A stretch of 64,000 nucleotides of DNA from Octopus vulgaris. Taxonomy: Eukaryota. Of this stretch, positions 1 to 13,893 are shown in pieces. A program made the position numbers and the translations under genes. Positions within the stretch are counted from its first letter, which is position 1, and each line of letters starts with the position of its first letter. Location of the stretch: positions 7,874,001 through 7,938,000 of the forward strand of contig CATOCA020000001.1 in NCBI GenBank assembly GCA_951406725.2, written 5' to 3'. The notes under the pieces were generated by a model that saw nothing but the letters and a program-made list of their open reading frames with translations, searched no databases and was not told the DNA's origin.

Positions 1-729
1 GATGGAACGCCTCTTCAGAGAGCATCGTGCGGTGTGTGGAGGGAGAGAAAGGGACGGAGCGACGGCGAGTGATGCCTATTATTAAAAAGAGTGAGAATAA
101 TATAAAATAGTGTTTATAACACATTATCGATAAATATCGAACATTGATCAATGGAATTAGTACAGATTGCGACTCCACGTCACTGATTCGTTTTTTATTT
201 CGCTTTTTCACATTTCCAATTCTTTACTTTTCCTTTCACTCTGCCTGCAATCGTCACACAGTTTGCATGGTCGCTGGAGTGAAGTGGCTTAGAGGTTAGG
301 GGTATTCGGCTTAGATTTGGGGTGATATATTAATATATGCTGAGGTGGGAGAGAGAGGATTTTCTAAGTACCCTTAATTTTTATATGAGTGACAACACAA
401 AACTTTTATATACCTGGCTGTTATTTCTAGCATCACGTAGGACCACCAATTGTGTATTATTCCTCCGGATGCTTCTTAAGGTCTCCTTCAATCTTTCATG
501 AAAAACAATGCAGAATATAATGTATTGAACTGTTATTTCTACCATCTTACCCGACAACCTGTAGGACAATATGTTTGATAGACGCTTCGTCAAGTGTCCT
601 GCTTTTATAAAATAAAAACTTTAGAAATTTCAAGGTGTTTGGTTGCTGTTTCACGAATGATGCGAGACAATAGAGAGGTGAGATTCTTTTATAAAAGTCG
701 AAATGGTTTTGGGAGGGAAACAATGAGAT

Positions 730-3430
730 TAAGGGAAAGAAAGAGAGTGAGAGAGAGAGAGAGTAAAAGGAAGGAAAGAATGAAAGAGAGTGAGAGAGAG
801 AGAGAGAGAGAAAGGAAGAAAGAAAAAAAGAAAAAAGAAGGAATGAAAGAAAAGAGAAAGGAAGGAATAAAGTAACGTGATTCTGTAATAATGCATGAAA
901 TCAGAGCGGAAGTAAGAAAGAAAGAAAGGAAGAAAGGAAGAAAGGAAGGAAGGCTGGAAGGAAGGAAGGAAGGAAGGAAGGAAGGAAGGAAGGAAGGAAA
1001 GAAGGAAATAAGGAATGAAGGAAATAAGGAAGTAAAAGAAGGAAGGAAAGAAGGAAGTAAGGAAAGAAAGAAAGAGAGACAGAAACAAAGAAAGAAAGAA
1101 AGAAAGAAAGTAAAAAGGAAAGAAAGAGAGACAGAAACAAAGAAAGGGAGAAAGAAAGGAAGAAAGGGAGAAAGTAAGAAAGAAAGGGAAACAGAAAAGA
1201 AAGAAGGTTAGAAGGAAAAAGAGGGAAAGATAGAAAGAATGAAAGAAAAAAGAAAAAAGAAAGAAAGAAGGAAAAAAGAAGGAAAGAAAGTGAGAAGGAT
1301 AAGAGCAGGGTGAGAGCGAGAGAGAGAAAAAGGAGACAAGGAAAGGAAACGAAGCAACGACAGAAAAAAGAAAGGAAGAAAAATGAAAGACGGATTGAAG
1401 AAGGAAAGATGAGAGGGAAGAAAGAAAAAAGAATGAAGGTAAGAAGAAGGAAATGAAAAACAGAAAGTAAAGAAAGAAATAAGGAAAATAAAGGAAGGAA
1501 GGAAAGAAAGAATGAGAGAATGAAGGGTAAGAAGAAGGAAATGAAAAAGAAAGTAAAGAAAGAAATAAGGAAAATAAAGGAAGGAAGGAAAGAAAGAAAG
1601 AAAGAATGAAGGGTAAGAAGAAGGAAATGAAAAAGAGAAAGTAAACCAAGAAATAAGGAAAATAAAGGAAGGAAGGAAAGAAAGAATGAGAGAAATGAAG
1701 GAAGAAAGAAAGAAAGAAAGAAAGGAAAGAAAGAAAGAAATGAGGGAAATGAAGGAAGGAAAGAAAGAAAGAATGAGAGAAATGAAGGAAGAAAGAAAGA
1801 AAGAAAGGAAAGAAAGAAAGGAAAAGGAAAAAAGAAATGAAGGAAGAAAGAAAAAAGAATGAAGGGTAAGAAGAAGGAAATGAAAAAGAGAAAGTAAAGA
1901 AAGAAGTAAGGAAAATAAAGGAAGGAAGGAAGGAAAGAAAGAAAAAAGAATGAAGGGTAAGAAGAAGGAAATGAAAAGAGAAAGTAAAGAAAGAAATAAG
2001 GAAAATAAAGGAAGGAAGGAAAGAAAGAAGAAAGAATGAAAGGTAAGAAGAAGGAAATGAAAAAGAGAAAGTAAAGAAAGAAATAAGGAAAATAAAGGAA
2101 GGAAGGAAGGAAAGAATGAGAGAAATGAAGGAAGAAAGAAAGAAAGAAAGGAAAGAAAGAAAGGAAAAGGAAAAAAGAAATGAAGGAAGAAAGAAAGAAA
2201 TGAGGGAAATGAAGGAAGAAAGAAAGAAACAAACAAACAAAGAAACAAATAAAGAAGGATGAAAGAAAGAAAGAAAGAAAGAAAGAAAGAAAAAGGAAAA
2301 TAAGAAATGAAGGAAGAAAGAAAGAAAGAAATGAGGGAAATGAAGGAAGAAAGAAATAATCAAACAAACAAACAAACAAATAAGAAAATTAAAAAAGAAA
2401 GAAAGAAAGAAAGAAAGAAAGAAAAAATGAGGGAAATGAAGGAAGAAAGAAAGAAACAAACAAACAAATAAAGAAGAATGAAAGAAAGAAAGAAAGAAAG
2501 AAAGAAAGAAAAAAGAAAGAAAGAATGGAAAAGGAAAGAAAAAAAGAAAGGAGGAAAGAAAGGAAAATGAAAGAAAGAAAGAAAAGAGAAAGTAAGTAAA
2601 GGGAAACAAAAAGAAAGAAAGAAAGAATGAGAGAGAGAAAGAGAGGAAGGCGACGTAATTCTGTAAAAATGATGAGAAGAAAGAGAGAGAAGGAGGGAGA
2701 GAAGGGGAGGAAGGAGGAGGGATTAGAGAAATAAATGTTAAGAAGAGAGGAGGAGTATGAGATGAGAGAGAAAGAGTAAAAAGGCGGAGCATTAATATAT
2801 AATAAGGTAATAGAGAGAGGGAGAGGGAGAGAGGGAGAAAGAGAGAGACAGACAAACAGAGACACGGAGACAGAGAGAGAGACATGAGAAGCGAGAGGGA
2901 GAAAGAGAGAGACTGAAATAGAGAAATCGAGAGAGCAAAGAGAGAGAAAGACAGACATAGAGAAAGAGAGGGAGAGGGAAAGGGAGGAGAAAGGGAGGGA
3001 AAGAATGAGGTAAGAGAATGAGAGAATATTATATAAGGAGGTGGAGGGAGAGAGAGAAGGATACATAGGTTTAGAAAGAGAGGGAGAGTGTGACGTGGGG
3101 CGGAGCGCAAAAGAGGTAGAGGGAGAGTATGACATATGAGGTGGTAAAGCGGGAGGGGGAGAGACAAAAAGTGAGGGAGGGGGAAGGAGTCAGAGATGAT
3201 GTATGAGATATATGCTTTGTGAGGGAGGGAGAGTAAGAGTTGAGAGAAAACGAGGGATGAGGGAGGGGGGTTAAGCAATAACATAAATAAGTGAAAGAGG
3301 GGGAGGGAGAGGAGTAGAGAAGGAGAGGGTATGATGTGTGTGATAAGAGAGGGAGTCTATCTTGTATTAGAGAAAAGAAGAGGGGAAGGATGAGATATTA
3401 ATACAGAATGAGGAAGGAGAGAGAAGAGTT
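730..3430. repeat. Purine-rich (GAAA/GGAA/GA) low-complexity array with internal repeats of about 90 bp
   Basis: Almost no pyrimidines on the + strand; recurring GAATGAAGGGTAAGAAGAAGGAAATGAAAAAGAGAAAGTAAAG unit at 1430-2110. Confidence 0.95.
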
Positions 3431-4039
3431 TCGAAGTGTCCTTCATTTTCATATGAAACACTAAACCAAACTTTAACATACTTGGCTGTTATTTCTAGCA
3501 TCACATTTGATCCCCAATTGGACTATATTTCCTTAGAAGCTCCTTAAAGTGACCTTCATGATAACAATGTAAAGTATAGCGTAATGGGCTGTTATTTCTA
3601 GCAAGATACCACACCACCAATACGTTTTATAGACGCTTCTTCACTTGGTTTCTCATCCGATGAAGAAGTCTGACCAGATCCGGGAAAAAGTTTTATAAAT
3701 GCTTCTTAAATTGTCTTTCAATTTCGTATGAAAAACAAAGCAACTTTGAGTGTAGTGGGCTGTTATTTCTAGCATGATGTCAAACCAGGTGTAGGAGGAT
3801 TCTTTGAATAAATGCTTCTTAAATTGTCCGTCAATGTCTCGGCTATTTAATTTGCTCAATTAAGAACTACACAGTAATTATGTAATTAATGGTTAGTTAA
3901 ATAATTAGCTTCTGGTAAAATAATTAGCGAGAGAGAAATTTGAAGGTAAATCTGAAAATATAATTTATTTGTAAGAAAGTAAGGTTTCTTAGGGATAAAA
4001 GGAGAGGAAGAGGGAGAGGGTAAGATATAAGGAGGTGGG

Positions 4040-4690
4040 AGAGATAGAGAGAGAAAGAAAGGAAGAAAGAGTGAGAGAGAGAAAGCCCAGGGAAGGGGAG
4101 GAATATATTAATGTATGAGGAAGCAGAGAAAGAATGAGAGTGAGAGAGAGAGAGAGAGAGAAAGAAAGGAAGAAAGAGTGAGAGAGAGAAGGCTTAGGGA
4201 AGGGGAGGGATATATTAATGTATGAGGAAGGAGAGAAAGAATGAGAGTGGGAGAGAGAGAGAGACAGAATGCGTGAGAGAGAGAGAGAAAGAAAGAAAGG
4301 AAGAAAGAGTGAGAGAGAGAAACCCTAGGGAAGGGGAGGGATATATTAATGCATGAGGAATCAGAGAGTGGGAGTGAGAGTGGGAGAGAGAGAGAGAGAG
4401 AGACAGAATGCGTGAGAGAGAGAGAGAGAGAGAGAAAGGAAGAAAGAGTGAGAGAGAGAAAGCCTAGGGAAGGGGAGGGATATATTAATGTATGATGAAG
4501 CAGAGAAAGAATGAGAGTGAGAGAGAGAGAGAGAGAGAGACAGAATGCGTGAGAGAGAGAGGGGAAGAGAAGAAGAGAGAAAGAAAGGAGAGAGAAAACC
4601 TAAGGAAGGGGAGGGATATATTAATATATGAGGTAGCAGAGAGAGTGTGTGAGTGAGTGCGAGAGAGAGAGAGAGAGAGAGAGGGGGAAT
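4040..4690. repeat. Minisatellite, about 120-bp unit, about 5 copies
   Basis: Repeated AGGGAAGGGGAGGGATATATTAATGTATGAGGAAG core separated by (GA)n. Confidence 0.9.
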
Positions 4691-5222
4691 TGATATATAT
4701 ACGTTTAGGAAGTGAGGGAGAGGATGAGGTGAACGATATAGTAAGGCAGGCGGGGTGGTTAAACATGAATATATAATGAGGTGCTGAGAGAAAGGAGAGA
4801 AAGAGGGAGAAGTGGGAGGATATGTTTTGAGGGAGGGAGAAAGAAAATGCTATTTGTGTTTAATAAGAAAGAGAGAAGGGGAGGGGGGAAGCATTGTGTA
4901 ATTTATGATGAGGTGAGAGGCGGAGGAGAAGAGAAAGAGAGAGAGAGAGACATAGAAAGAGGGAGAGAGCGCGAGAGAATAATAAATATATTTACCAATA
5001 GAGGAAGAGTATGAGTTAATAAAGGAAGCAAAAATGGGCGGAGTCACGTATACGATGTAGTGGGAGGAGTCAACGTTGAAACGGTAAGAATAATAACTCT
5101 TATTAGATCCCTTTTACTTTAAATTCTATTGTTTTCTTTTATGCGAAATAAAATCTGTTTTTCTGCGCAGTTTGTGAAGATTTCCAAATATGATTTCATG
5201 CAAATAATAGATCGAAGTGTTA

Positions 5223-5701
5223 GACATACAGCATCTCGAAAGAGTCCAGAAGCTGGCTACCCGCATGGTTCATGGTCTCAAAAATTTGTCCTACGAAGAA
5301 AGGCTGAGGACGCTCGACCTTTATTCTCTTGAAAAACGCCGCCGCCGTGGTGATCTCATTCTCGCCCACAACATCATAAGCGGAAAGTGTAACCTCTCGA
5401 AGAGCTGTTCTTCACTCCTGCTCCAGAGCGTCGGCTGCGGGGTCATTCCGAAAAGCTCTACCTGCGACGATTTCATCTCAATCGAAGGAGAGGAGCTTTC
5501 TCCGTCCGGGCTGCGGATCCGTGGAACAAGCTGCCAGACGAGATGGTGAAGATGCCGACGACCGCTTTGTTCAAAGCCTCCCTGGACCTCAAGTGGCCTG
5601 AACTTTTTACATGAACACCACCCTGTACTTAACTCCATGTCCCCCTACATGGCCTTGCTATTTGCTTTTGAGCCAAATTAACTAACTAACTAACTAACTA
5701 A
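5223..5701 (+). mobile_element. 5'-truncated CR1-like LINE 3' end with (TAAC)n tail
   Basis: LERVQKLATRMV...LSYEERL...LEKRRRRGDLI post-RT motif; TAAC tail at 5679-5701. Confidence 0.88.
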
Positions 5702-6519
5702 TATATTATCAATAAATATCGAACACTTCTCCTCATCACTAATTCGTTTTTCGTTTGACATCTAAAAATTTCGCTTTTTTAATATTACGATTCTTACCCC
5801 TTAGCTTCACTCCTCCCTGCAATCGTCACACAGCCTCGATTGTGGTTGCACCTGCTAGAAGCAACAGCCAAATCTCACATGATAAAATATGAAACGTTTT
5901 TATCATTTTTTTTTTCTTAATTTCTTGAAAATAAATTTATTTTTTATTTTCTGATTGGCATTTGGTCAGAAAACTCCGAAGATAAGCCAGTGCCTGAGCA
6001 ATACAAAGAGGGGAGAGCAAGAATATGCAAGGCTAGTACGGTTTAGTGCAGCCGTGCACCGGTTGTCGTCCTATTTTAAGCTGCAAAACTGTGAGAGTCA
6101 AATACGAGAGGAAAGGGATCAGACCGGAAGGGATGTGAATGGAACAGGAAAGAAGTGAATGCAATGGAATAGAAAAAATGTGAACGAAATCCTAAAATTT
6201 GCGAATATATTTAGGTAATAGGGAAAAAAAGTATGTTTAATTTAAAATGTAATTTCCATTTTTAAAAGAAAGAACATTCTCGAATACATGTTTCTTATAG
6301 TTGAACGTCCGCGTGTATTTATGGAGAGAAGTGGTCGGTTTGTTCCTGCTGTGGGCGAGAGTTTGTTTATTTTAATTTGGCTGACATCCATCTCGATAAT
6401 GTGTTGCTTTAAGTAGCCTAGGGTCGAAAGCACGAATCCCAATAAAACCGCTGACAAAATAAAATAAAATCGATTTTCTGTCCCAATTGGAATATGCATG
6501 TCAGGTGATCGTCCTGTTT

Positions 6520-8076
6520 TCTGGAAGAATTATGTTGCTGAAGAAAATATGCACCAGAACAATGAAGAAATCGTCTCTAAACGGAAAGTGAACATTTTTC
6601 TTATAAATATCCAAAGGAAGCTTGAAGTTGACAGCTTCGATATCTACAGCCACAATGGTCTTCCTTGACCAGATACAAGAATTGTTGAAGTAGCTAATAT
6701 TCCAATTGGGCTTAGAGAAGAAACCATTTTTAAGGTGAAAAAAATGTATTAATAAACTTCTGCCAACTTTAGACATTGAACAACGACTAGATTTTGATAA
6801 AGCTATCAGGTCCATAAATAGTAAAAGAAGGAAGAATTCTGTTCTTAAATGCAAATGGTGGCACAGGGAAAACCTATGTGATCAACATCATACTTGATAG
6901 TTGCTACTGCCACGTCTGCTATTGCAACCACTTTGCTTCTGAAAGGGAGAGTTCTTCATTCTATGTCCAGGATTTCTCTCAGTGAGACTACAAAATCAAC
7001 ATTCAGACTCACAAAGAGAGACGTCACAAGAGAATTTGTGCCTCAATCTGGTCTCTTAGTTATCGATGGGACCAGGATGGGGCCTAAGCATCTCTGTGAG
7101 TGCCTTGAAAGGAGATTGCATGATGTGTGAGACTGTAACAAACCTGTTTGTGAATTTACTATATTACTGTCTGGTGATAGAAAACAAATTCTTGCAGTTA
7201 TGTCATCTTGGAAGATTATAATTTGTTGATGCAGATCCTTTCTTGAGGATTGAGTAGAAATAGTGAAGATAGGAACCAATCTAAGACTTCTTACAAAAGG
7301 TCATTCTGATGAAAAAGAGTCTGTTAATCACCATTTTGATGCTGGAAATGGTGATATTTCTGTCGAACAAAGTCTAGGTGCATCCAAATCAACCTGCTTT
7401 ACAACTTTGGCCTGTCAAGTTTATGTGATGTTGTCTTGCAAATAATTTCAGAGACCCCATGTGGCTTGCAAACAGACCCATTATTACTCCAACAAATGAA
7501 ATATCACAATTTGTAAATGAATTCATGTTGACCAGGATCCCTGGTGAGGTAAAGATATGCAGAAGCTCAGATACAGTTGATAATGAAGCTCTGTACCTAA
7601 TCAAATTCATCAACAAACTCCTACCATCAGGGTTTCCATGGACATATCCTCACACGAAAGACAAGAGGCTGCATTAGGTTTTTGAAGAATTTAGATGCTA
7701 AACAAGACCATTGCAATGACACAGGCTACGTTATTATCTGCTTCCAAGATCTTATTATTGCTGCCGGGGTTGCTTGTGGTTATTTTGCAGGATCAATCTC
7801 AGGGATTCCAAATGGGTCTCAAGGAATGGAGTTCCCATTCATAGTTACCATACAAACAATTTCCTGTGGAACCACTCTTTGCCTTGACATGCAACAAAGC
7901 ACAGGAACAGACATTTAAACAAACTGGAATATATCTTCCAACACAATTCTTCTCCCGTGGTCAGCTGTAAGTTTCACTTTCTAGAGTTTGGATGAAGCCT
8001 AATGTAAAACTATTGGCTGAGAGAAATAGAAACTGTATATTTACTAACAATCGTGTCTATAAGGAGGTTCTATTTG
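6520..8076 (+). mobile_element. Degenerate Helitron-type PIF1 helicase relic
   Basis: Broken frames contain GGTGKTY (Walker A), ATSAIATTLL, LSGDRKQILAV, IITPTN, NLDAKQDHCN, QFPV, and TCNKAQEQT...FSRGQL.VSLSRV. Confidence 0.85.
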
Positions 8077-8239
8077 ACAGCAAAATATACATTTTAAGTA
8101 AGTTTCACAAAATGGAATTACACTTTCCTTTTTTGGGAAAATTTCACAGGATATTTAAACTGTTTATATAACAATGGAAGTATTTAGGGAGATGCCGGGG
8201 CTTACAACAACAACACCAATAACAAATGAAATTTCAATC

Positions 8240-8245
8240 TTTATT
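8240..8245 (-). promoter_or_regulatory. Candidate polyadenylation signal AATAAA
   Basis: TTTATT on the + strand about 235 nt downstream of the stop codon. A common hexamer in AT-rich DNA. Confidence 0.4.
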
Positions 8246-8479
8246 TCCAAAGTTAATCTCCAACAAAAAGGGAGCTAAACAAATAAAGAGATCTCCATGT
8301 GGTAAATAGATCTGCTAGAATTAGTAGCTGAATCCTACTCCATTCATCACTTATCATCTTAAAGAATGACACATTAGACAAGGAAAACATGATGGTCCTG
8401 GATGGAAGGCATTTAATCATATGCCTGTGTGTGGTGAAGGTAAACTTGGGGTTAAACAACAGCAATATTTACAAGAAAT

Positions 8480-8685
8480 TCAACTGAAGTCTGATAATAA
8501 ACATTCAGCTGCCACGAAACATTCGGTTTCTAAAAGTGCTTCTTTTAATGTTTGAGGTGTACGTTTCGCTGGATCGCAACTTTGGAACCATTTGAGAAGC
8601 ATCTGATAGCCTTGTTCCACAATGTTATAAGGATTTTCGTGCCTGACTATTTGCAGGTCCTCGTCTGTAATTTCTAATTCCCTTC
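8480..8685 (-). CDS. Death domain exon 2 (terminal): GRELEITDEDLQIVRHENPYNIVEQGYQMLLKWFQSCDPAKRTPQTLKEALLETECFVAAECLLSDFS*
   Basis: TTTTGCAG acceptor ending at 8686; death-domain hallmarks (EQxYQMLxxW, TxxxLxxAL); TGA stop at 8480-8482. Confidence 0.9.
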
Positions 8686-11550
8686 CTGCAAAAGATACAA
8701 TAAGAAATAATTGCAAAAGCATTAACGATAATATAAAACCTGTGAACTGTAAATTATAGAACTGACAAAGAAATTATGTGAATAGACGAATGAGAAATAC
8801 TGAAGAAACACGGAAAATAGAAGACATTGTTATCTGTTTCTAAAGAGTTTGAGAAAAATAAGAAACAAGTTGAAATAAAAGCTGGAATTGGAGAAAACAT
8901 TTAAGGATCGAATAAAATTGAAAGTTACACATGAGAAATCTTCTGGTAAACAACTGGCAGGAGAAGTGTTTGTGTGGGCAGCAGTATACGAAAAGCTCAA
9001 GAATCAACAAAGACTACCAATAGTTACACCATTTCATCTATCCATTCATTTTCTTTGCCCTCTCTTCATAGGAGGGTTATAGGGGTAGAGTCCTCAGGCA
9101 CCTCCTTCATACGATTCTATCTAAAGTAACCTTGATTAGAAATTCTGAGAGGATTTCCAAGCACAACCAATTGAAACTATGGTTTTTATGCAAAAATTTA
9201 TTCTTGGTTTAGCCCCAGGTCTTCTGTCAGTTGGCTCAGCTCGATGAATCCTCTTATGATTCTTTCCTGAGACATTTTAATCACATGCCGGTAGTATTGG
9301 AGCAGTTGTGACCTCTCAATGCAGAGAAGCAGTCGTTTGACCTGGAGAGACACCCAAATTTCGAAGCTGCACGCGTTACTCCAGGCACTCTTCAGAGGAA
9401 CTCAATTTCAGTCGTTTTGATAACATCCCATATTCAAAGACTGAAATAGTCACCTGTGATGTGGTCCCTCCTATGATTTGTAAATAATTAAAGATTATCA
9501 AAATTCAGAAATATCTCGAAAGTGGGGAATGACTTCAACGGCACAAAGTAAAAATATAACACTGTTAGGTACATATCACATATTATAGAAGATACCAGCT
9601 GAAAAGGTAGTTTTGGAATACTGACTCCTAAAAAGGGATTCCTTCACTGGCTGAAGGCCACAATTTCAAAAGAATCTCCTACAGGAGAGGCCCAAGAGTA
9701 AACAAAGCAATGAGAAGAGTTTTAGTTTGTAGGCAATAACAGAACATCTACACCATACACCTACAACACTTGGGTCCTGAAAGAATCCCTGCATCCTCAA
9801 ACATCTACATCATCTGGAAAGTTATCACAATGTATATGCAGGGGAGAGAAAAGGGGTTAATAGGAATTCTATATGGTATATCTAATGTACGCAATAGGTG
9901 CAGTGGTATCACAGGCAAGTTTACAGGGAGGACGGGTTAGGGTTGGGGAAGGACTTTTCAAGTAGCAGATACACGGGATTAGCTTGTAGTAAGAACAAGT
10001 ATGAAAGACATATAGTTTCTCTAACCTAAGAGACATAATTAGAAGTGGGTGGGTGGGGGTCTATTCTCAAAGTGCAGTACTTTGAGGAAAAATGGGATGG
10101 AAAATGTACAGGGAACTGTTATGTCTACTGGCAACTAAGGGATTCTGTCTCCAAATAAAGGAGAGATTGCATGAGGTGTATTTGTAAAGTGCAATGTTGC
10201 ATTTAATGTAGAGGATGCAGGAAAACTGGCAAGAAATGAGGTGAGCATACATCACTAGAAGTGTAATGTTAATGTGTTGAAAACCTGGGGTTAGGGAAAA
10301 CTGGGTCTCAGAAGAATCTGTGATAGTGCACAATATAGTATAGATTTAGAAGGGATATGGTAAATGAAATTTGGATAAAGAAGTGCCTGGAATTCAAGTG
10401 GAAGAAAACAAGCGATTAAACCTGACAAACAACCACAACGACTGTGGGAGAAGTCGTCTGACACATACAAACTTGGAGAAATGAACGTAAGATGTTGATT
10501 ATATTGGACTGGTGTTAATGGATTGATTTTTACCCCAGTATATGACTGGTACATTTTGTATGACTGCCAGAGAAACAACAAATTAGCAATGTCACAGATG
10601 ATGTCCTCTCTTAATTTAGATAAATCATTTCTATCAGCTGACTGAGGGGATAATGTTACGATCTCTTGAGTCAGGGGTGAAAGGTTCAAATCTAGTCCCC
10701 CAACACAGCTCAATGTCCTGGTAAAGGCATCTCTCTTCTGGTTCAGTCTACGAACCACGATAGGGAGGTAAAGATATTGCTGTAAAAAATAGGAATATTG
10801 TATAAATGATATTTTATGTTGTTAAACTTTCAGACAAGAGGAAATGGGATACTGTGATGTTCATGCCTTTCCAAGTAAAGGAGAGTGAAATGATTTCAAT
10901 TGAAAAACAAAATCAAGTTGAGTTTGAAATTTCGGATGAGATTCTTTTTTTTAACGTGAGTTTCATTAATTTACAATACTGAGTTCAATCCAGCCATGGA
11001 CACAGTCAACAATGGGGGACTGTTTTCTATAGAGACTGGCACTATATATTAACCAGGGACTAAAGAACTACAATCAAAGAGAACACAGCATGTCACACAT
11101 AATGCAAACTCTCGTGTTTAAAAAGGTTACATTCGATAATGTGGTCCTCTTCATCCAAGAGAAAGAAGGATGTCACATCTGGAAACCTTCCCTCTTAACT
11201 CTGCCAGATTAAAACAGATATCTGCCTCAGCAACAACAACAATAACAACCAATCTGTGAACTTTCCAAAAACGTAAACAAATTAAAACATTGTCATTAAC
11301 TCACCTGTTTACTCTTTAACACCATTATTCTTGAGTCCCCTTTTACAAACGACAATATTAACTCGTCTGTATCTTCTAATTCAAATATTTTACACCTGTG
11401 CTGACCTCGGTGGATATTTTATGAAATTTCAGTGATATCTTTACTTTATAGCTAAACTTTCAATTGGAAACTAGGAATGGAATCTGTTCTCAGTCAAAAG
11501 TTTAACTGAAAGCAAAATTTATAGAAATCAATTAGGTATTTTATACTCAC

Positions 11551-11622
11551 CAAGTTGCTGCCATTTACCGGCCAACTTTTTGGACACCCGATGTAGATGC
11601 TTCACCTCTAGCGTTAGTATAT
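11551..11622 (-). CDS. Death domain exon 1: DILTLEVKHLHRVSKKLAGKWQQL
   Basis: TTTCAG acceptor, GTGAGT donor, 72 nt, phase 1 to 1. Joined to the next exon it gives the death-domain pattern LxxVSxxLxxxWxxLGRxL. Confidence 0.85.
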
Positions 11623-12399
11623 CTGAAATAAATGTTTCCACATTTTACACTTCATAGTATAATTTCCCTATCTCTGTTAATGGTTTATATCTTATTATTG
11701 TAAGACATTCCTATCATCAATGGCCAACTGCTGACCACTATAGGTTTCGTCGACAGTTTTATACTTTCTACAGTGGTCTTATAAAATGGCTCAATATTTA
11801 GGTCCATAACAAAATAGACTGATCTTCCTAAACCTCCTTTTTCTATTAAGACAACCTTCTTGATCTATCAATGTTGCATTCATCTCATTTAATTATCACA
11901 TGTTAACACCTTTTATTTCTTTTCTTTTTTTATAGCTGGGCTAAACCTATGAGATAGCATTGTTCCCTCATCAGTAGACTTCACTAATCCAGTGTTAACC
12001 ATGTTGGTCATAAATGCTCTTGACACAAACTCATGTCATACCACTTGAACTAGGATCAACACACACCTGTTTTCTTTGTTTAACCTTTAATTTTAACTAT
12101 GCAACTCACAGTTCACCAGAATTTCATCTGATTCATAAAATATTTTGAGACTCCTTAATGAAACCGCTTTCATTCCAGGTGAGCAATGATTAGTTTTACA
12201 GAGGTGAAACAGAAAGTGATAACAAGGGTCCGAAAACACTGTATACTTGCACAAAACACCTTTAAAAACATGCAAATGTTTATACACAGATTATTGCAAA
12301 AGAAAAATATTTGAAAAGGTACAAAAGAAGTGATATTCAAGAATATATAAACAAGATGGTGATATAGATCAAACTTCAAGCACCAAATCTTGTTTTTGC

Positions 12400-12875
12400 C
12401 CAGAAGTTTTGACTTGGCAAATGCTTATTGCCCATCCTCGGTTTCTGCAATGACATCAATGCCTCTACTCTTATTAGACAATGTGGGATTGTAGCATCGT
12501 CCTCAAGTTAATGTTTTAACTTTTGGCATAGTTTCTCCTATTATTTTGAACCTTACCTGTTTCTGTTGACCTTTGACATATGTCAGACTGCATCAAGTAT
12601 TTGCTTTAGACAGCATTCTTGACCAAGTAATTAGTCCATCCAGTCTATCCAGAACTAATTGTATAAACATTTGATCTCTTCTTCTTATTTTTATGTCATC
12701 CATAAATGCCTTCTTAAGTGATTTCCCTTGAGTAATTTCTTCTGATAAATCTGCTAATCCCCATAAAAGCATCCCCATAACAAGCATAAACCAAGTAACG
12801 GATATTGTGCAATCTACAGCTATTCTAGTTCCAATGTTGGGCACACGAAAATCTTTTTCTAGTGCTTTTGCCACA
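12400..12875 (-). mobile_element. Degenerate non-LTR RT relic (related copy at about 14740-15700)
   Basis: IAVDCTISVTWFMLVM...KAFMDD RT-core remnant; similar sequence (CACAATATCAGTTGG context) near 15060-15090. Confidence 0.6.
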
Positions 12876-13477
12876 TTAAAATGTACTCAGGACCCTTTAT
12901 AAAGTGGTTGGTGTTAAGAAAGGCATACTACCATAGGAAAGGTGGAATGTTTAAGGGAGATGTGTTTCTCAAGCAATCGAGGTGGACAGTAATTCTGAAT
13001 AAGGACATGGATAGTGACCACCCAGCCAATTCGATGATGAAGACACTATAATCGATTGCATTGTATCTTGCACCCAATCTTGAGGAGAGAGAAAGAGAGC
13101 AATTGTCTCAGCAGAAGACCAAAGTCTCCTACTGGGATAAACACAACGTTTAGGGGATGTAATGATAGATTTACTATCAGTGAAAAAAAGAGAGTGTGTT
13201 CACACTTGTAACAATTTTCAACTTAGTCACCTTGTTAAAAAATGACCGACAACAACAACAACAATTAGGAAACTTATTAAAATGTACAACAAACAAGCTC
13301 TCTCATTATCTCATCTGTTTTTGCCTTTAAACGACAAATTGCTTTCCTTTATTCCAAAGACAATATGAAGTCTGTTGTGTTTTCTAATTTAGCCATTTTA
13401 CCAACAGCGCCAACACTGCTGGACATTTTATTAAATTTCAAATCAGTAATATCAATGGGCTTGTAGATGCATCCATA

Positions 13478-13526
<49 letters not shown>

Positions 13527-13842
13527 GACAATATGGCAATGAGATGATAGAAAGAGAGAATATTCCCCTTAAGGGGAGCGAACCGCTTCAGGTTTTATAT
13601 TTTATCTCTTGTATTTTTCCTTATCGTATGAGATCTTTTTCCTGTGTCTCATGTTTCCCTATTTCTGTAAAATCCATTTATTGGATATTCCTGCATTTGT
13701 AGTAGAACAGAATTACTTTGTAGCTAACCATTCGAATGAAATATAGCAATAGAACCGCTTCTCAGTGATTCACACAAATTATGTAGTTCAGGTGGAGGTA
13801 AAATTTGTAGAAGTCAATTAGATACAGTTATTTTATACTCAC

Positions 13843-13893
13843 CAAGTGGCTGAGCCTCTGTCTGGGATGCCTTGTCTTCAACCTTTGGACGCA
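13843..13893 (-). CDS. 51-nt phase-1 microexon VRPKVEDKASQTEAQPL
   Basis: TTTCAG acceptor, GTGAGT donor, open frame. Confidence 0.8.

Noticed and set aside
594-3284. 851-aa and overlapping F/S/L ORFs
   Set aside because: Artefacts of the GA-rich low-complexity array.
381-3859. Recurrent GGCTGTTATTTCTAGCA motif (~415, 3484, 3587, 3757) as exons or CRISPR-like repeats
   Set aside because: Spacing is irregular, the intervening sequences are similar to each other, and there is no coherent frame. It resembles a common octopus repeat fragment, in a eukaryotic context.
9600-10760. ORFs 10067-10333 and 10291-10758; possible Penelope-like relic
   Set aside because: Too degenerate; I could not find diagnostic RT or GIY-YIG motifs.
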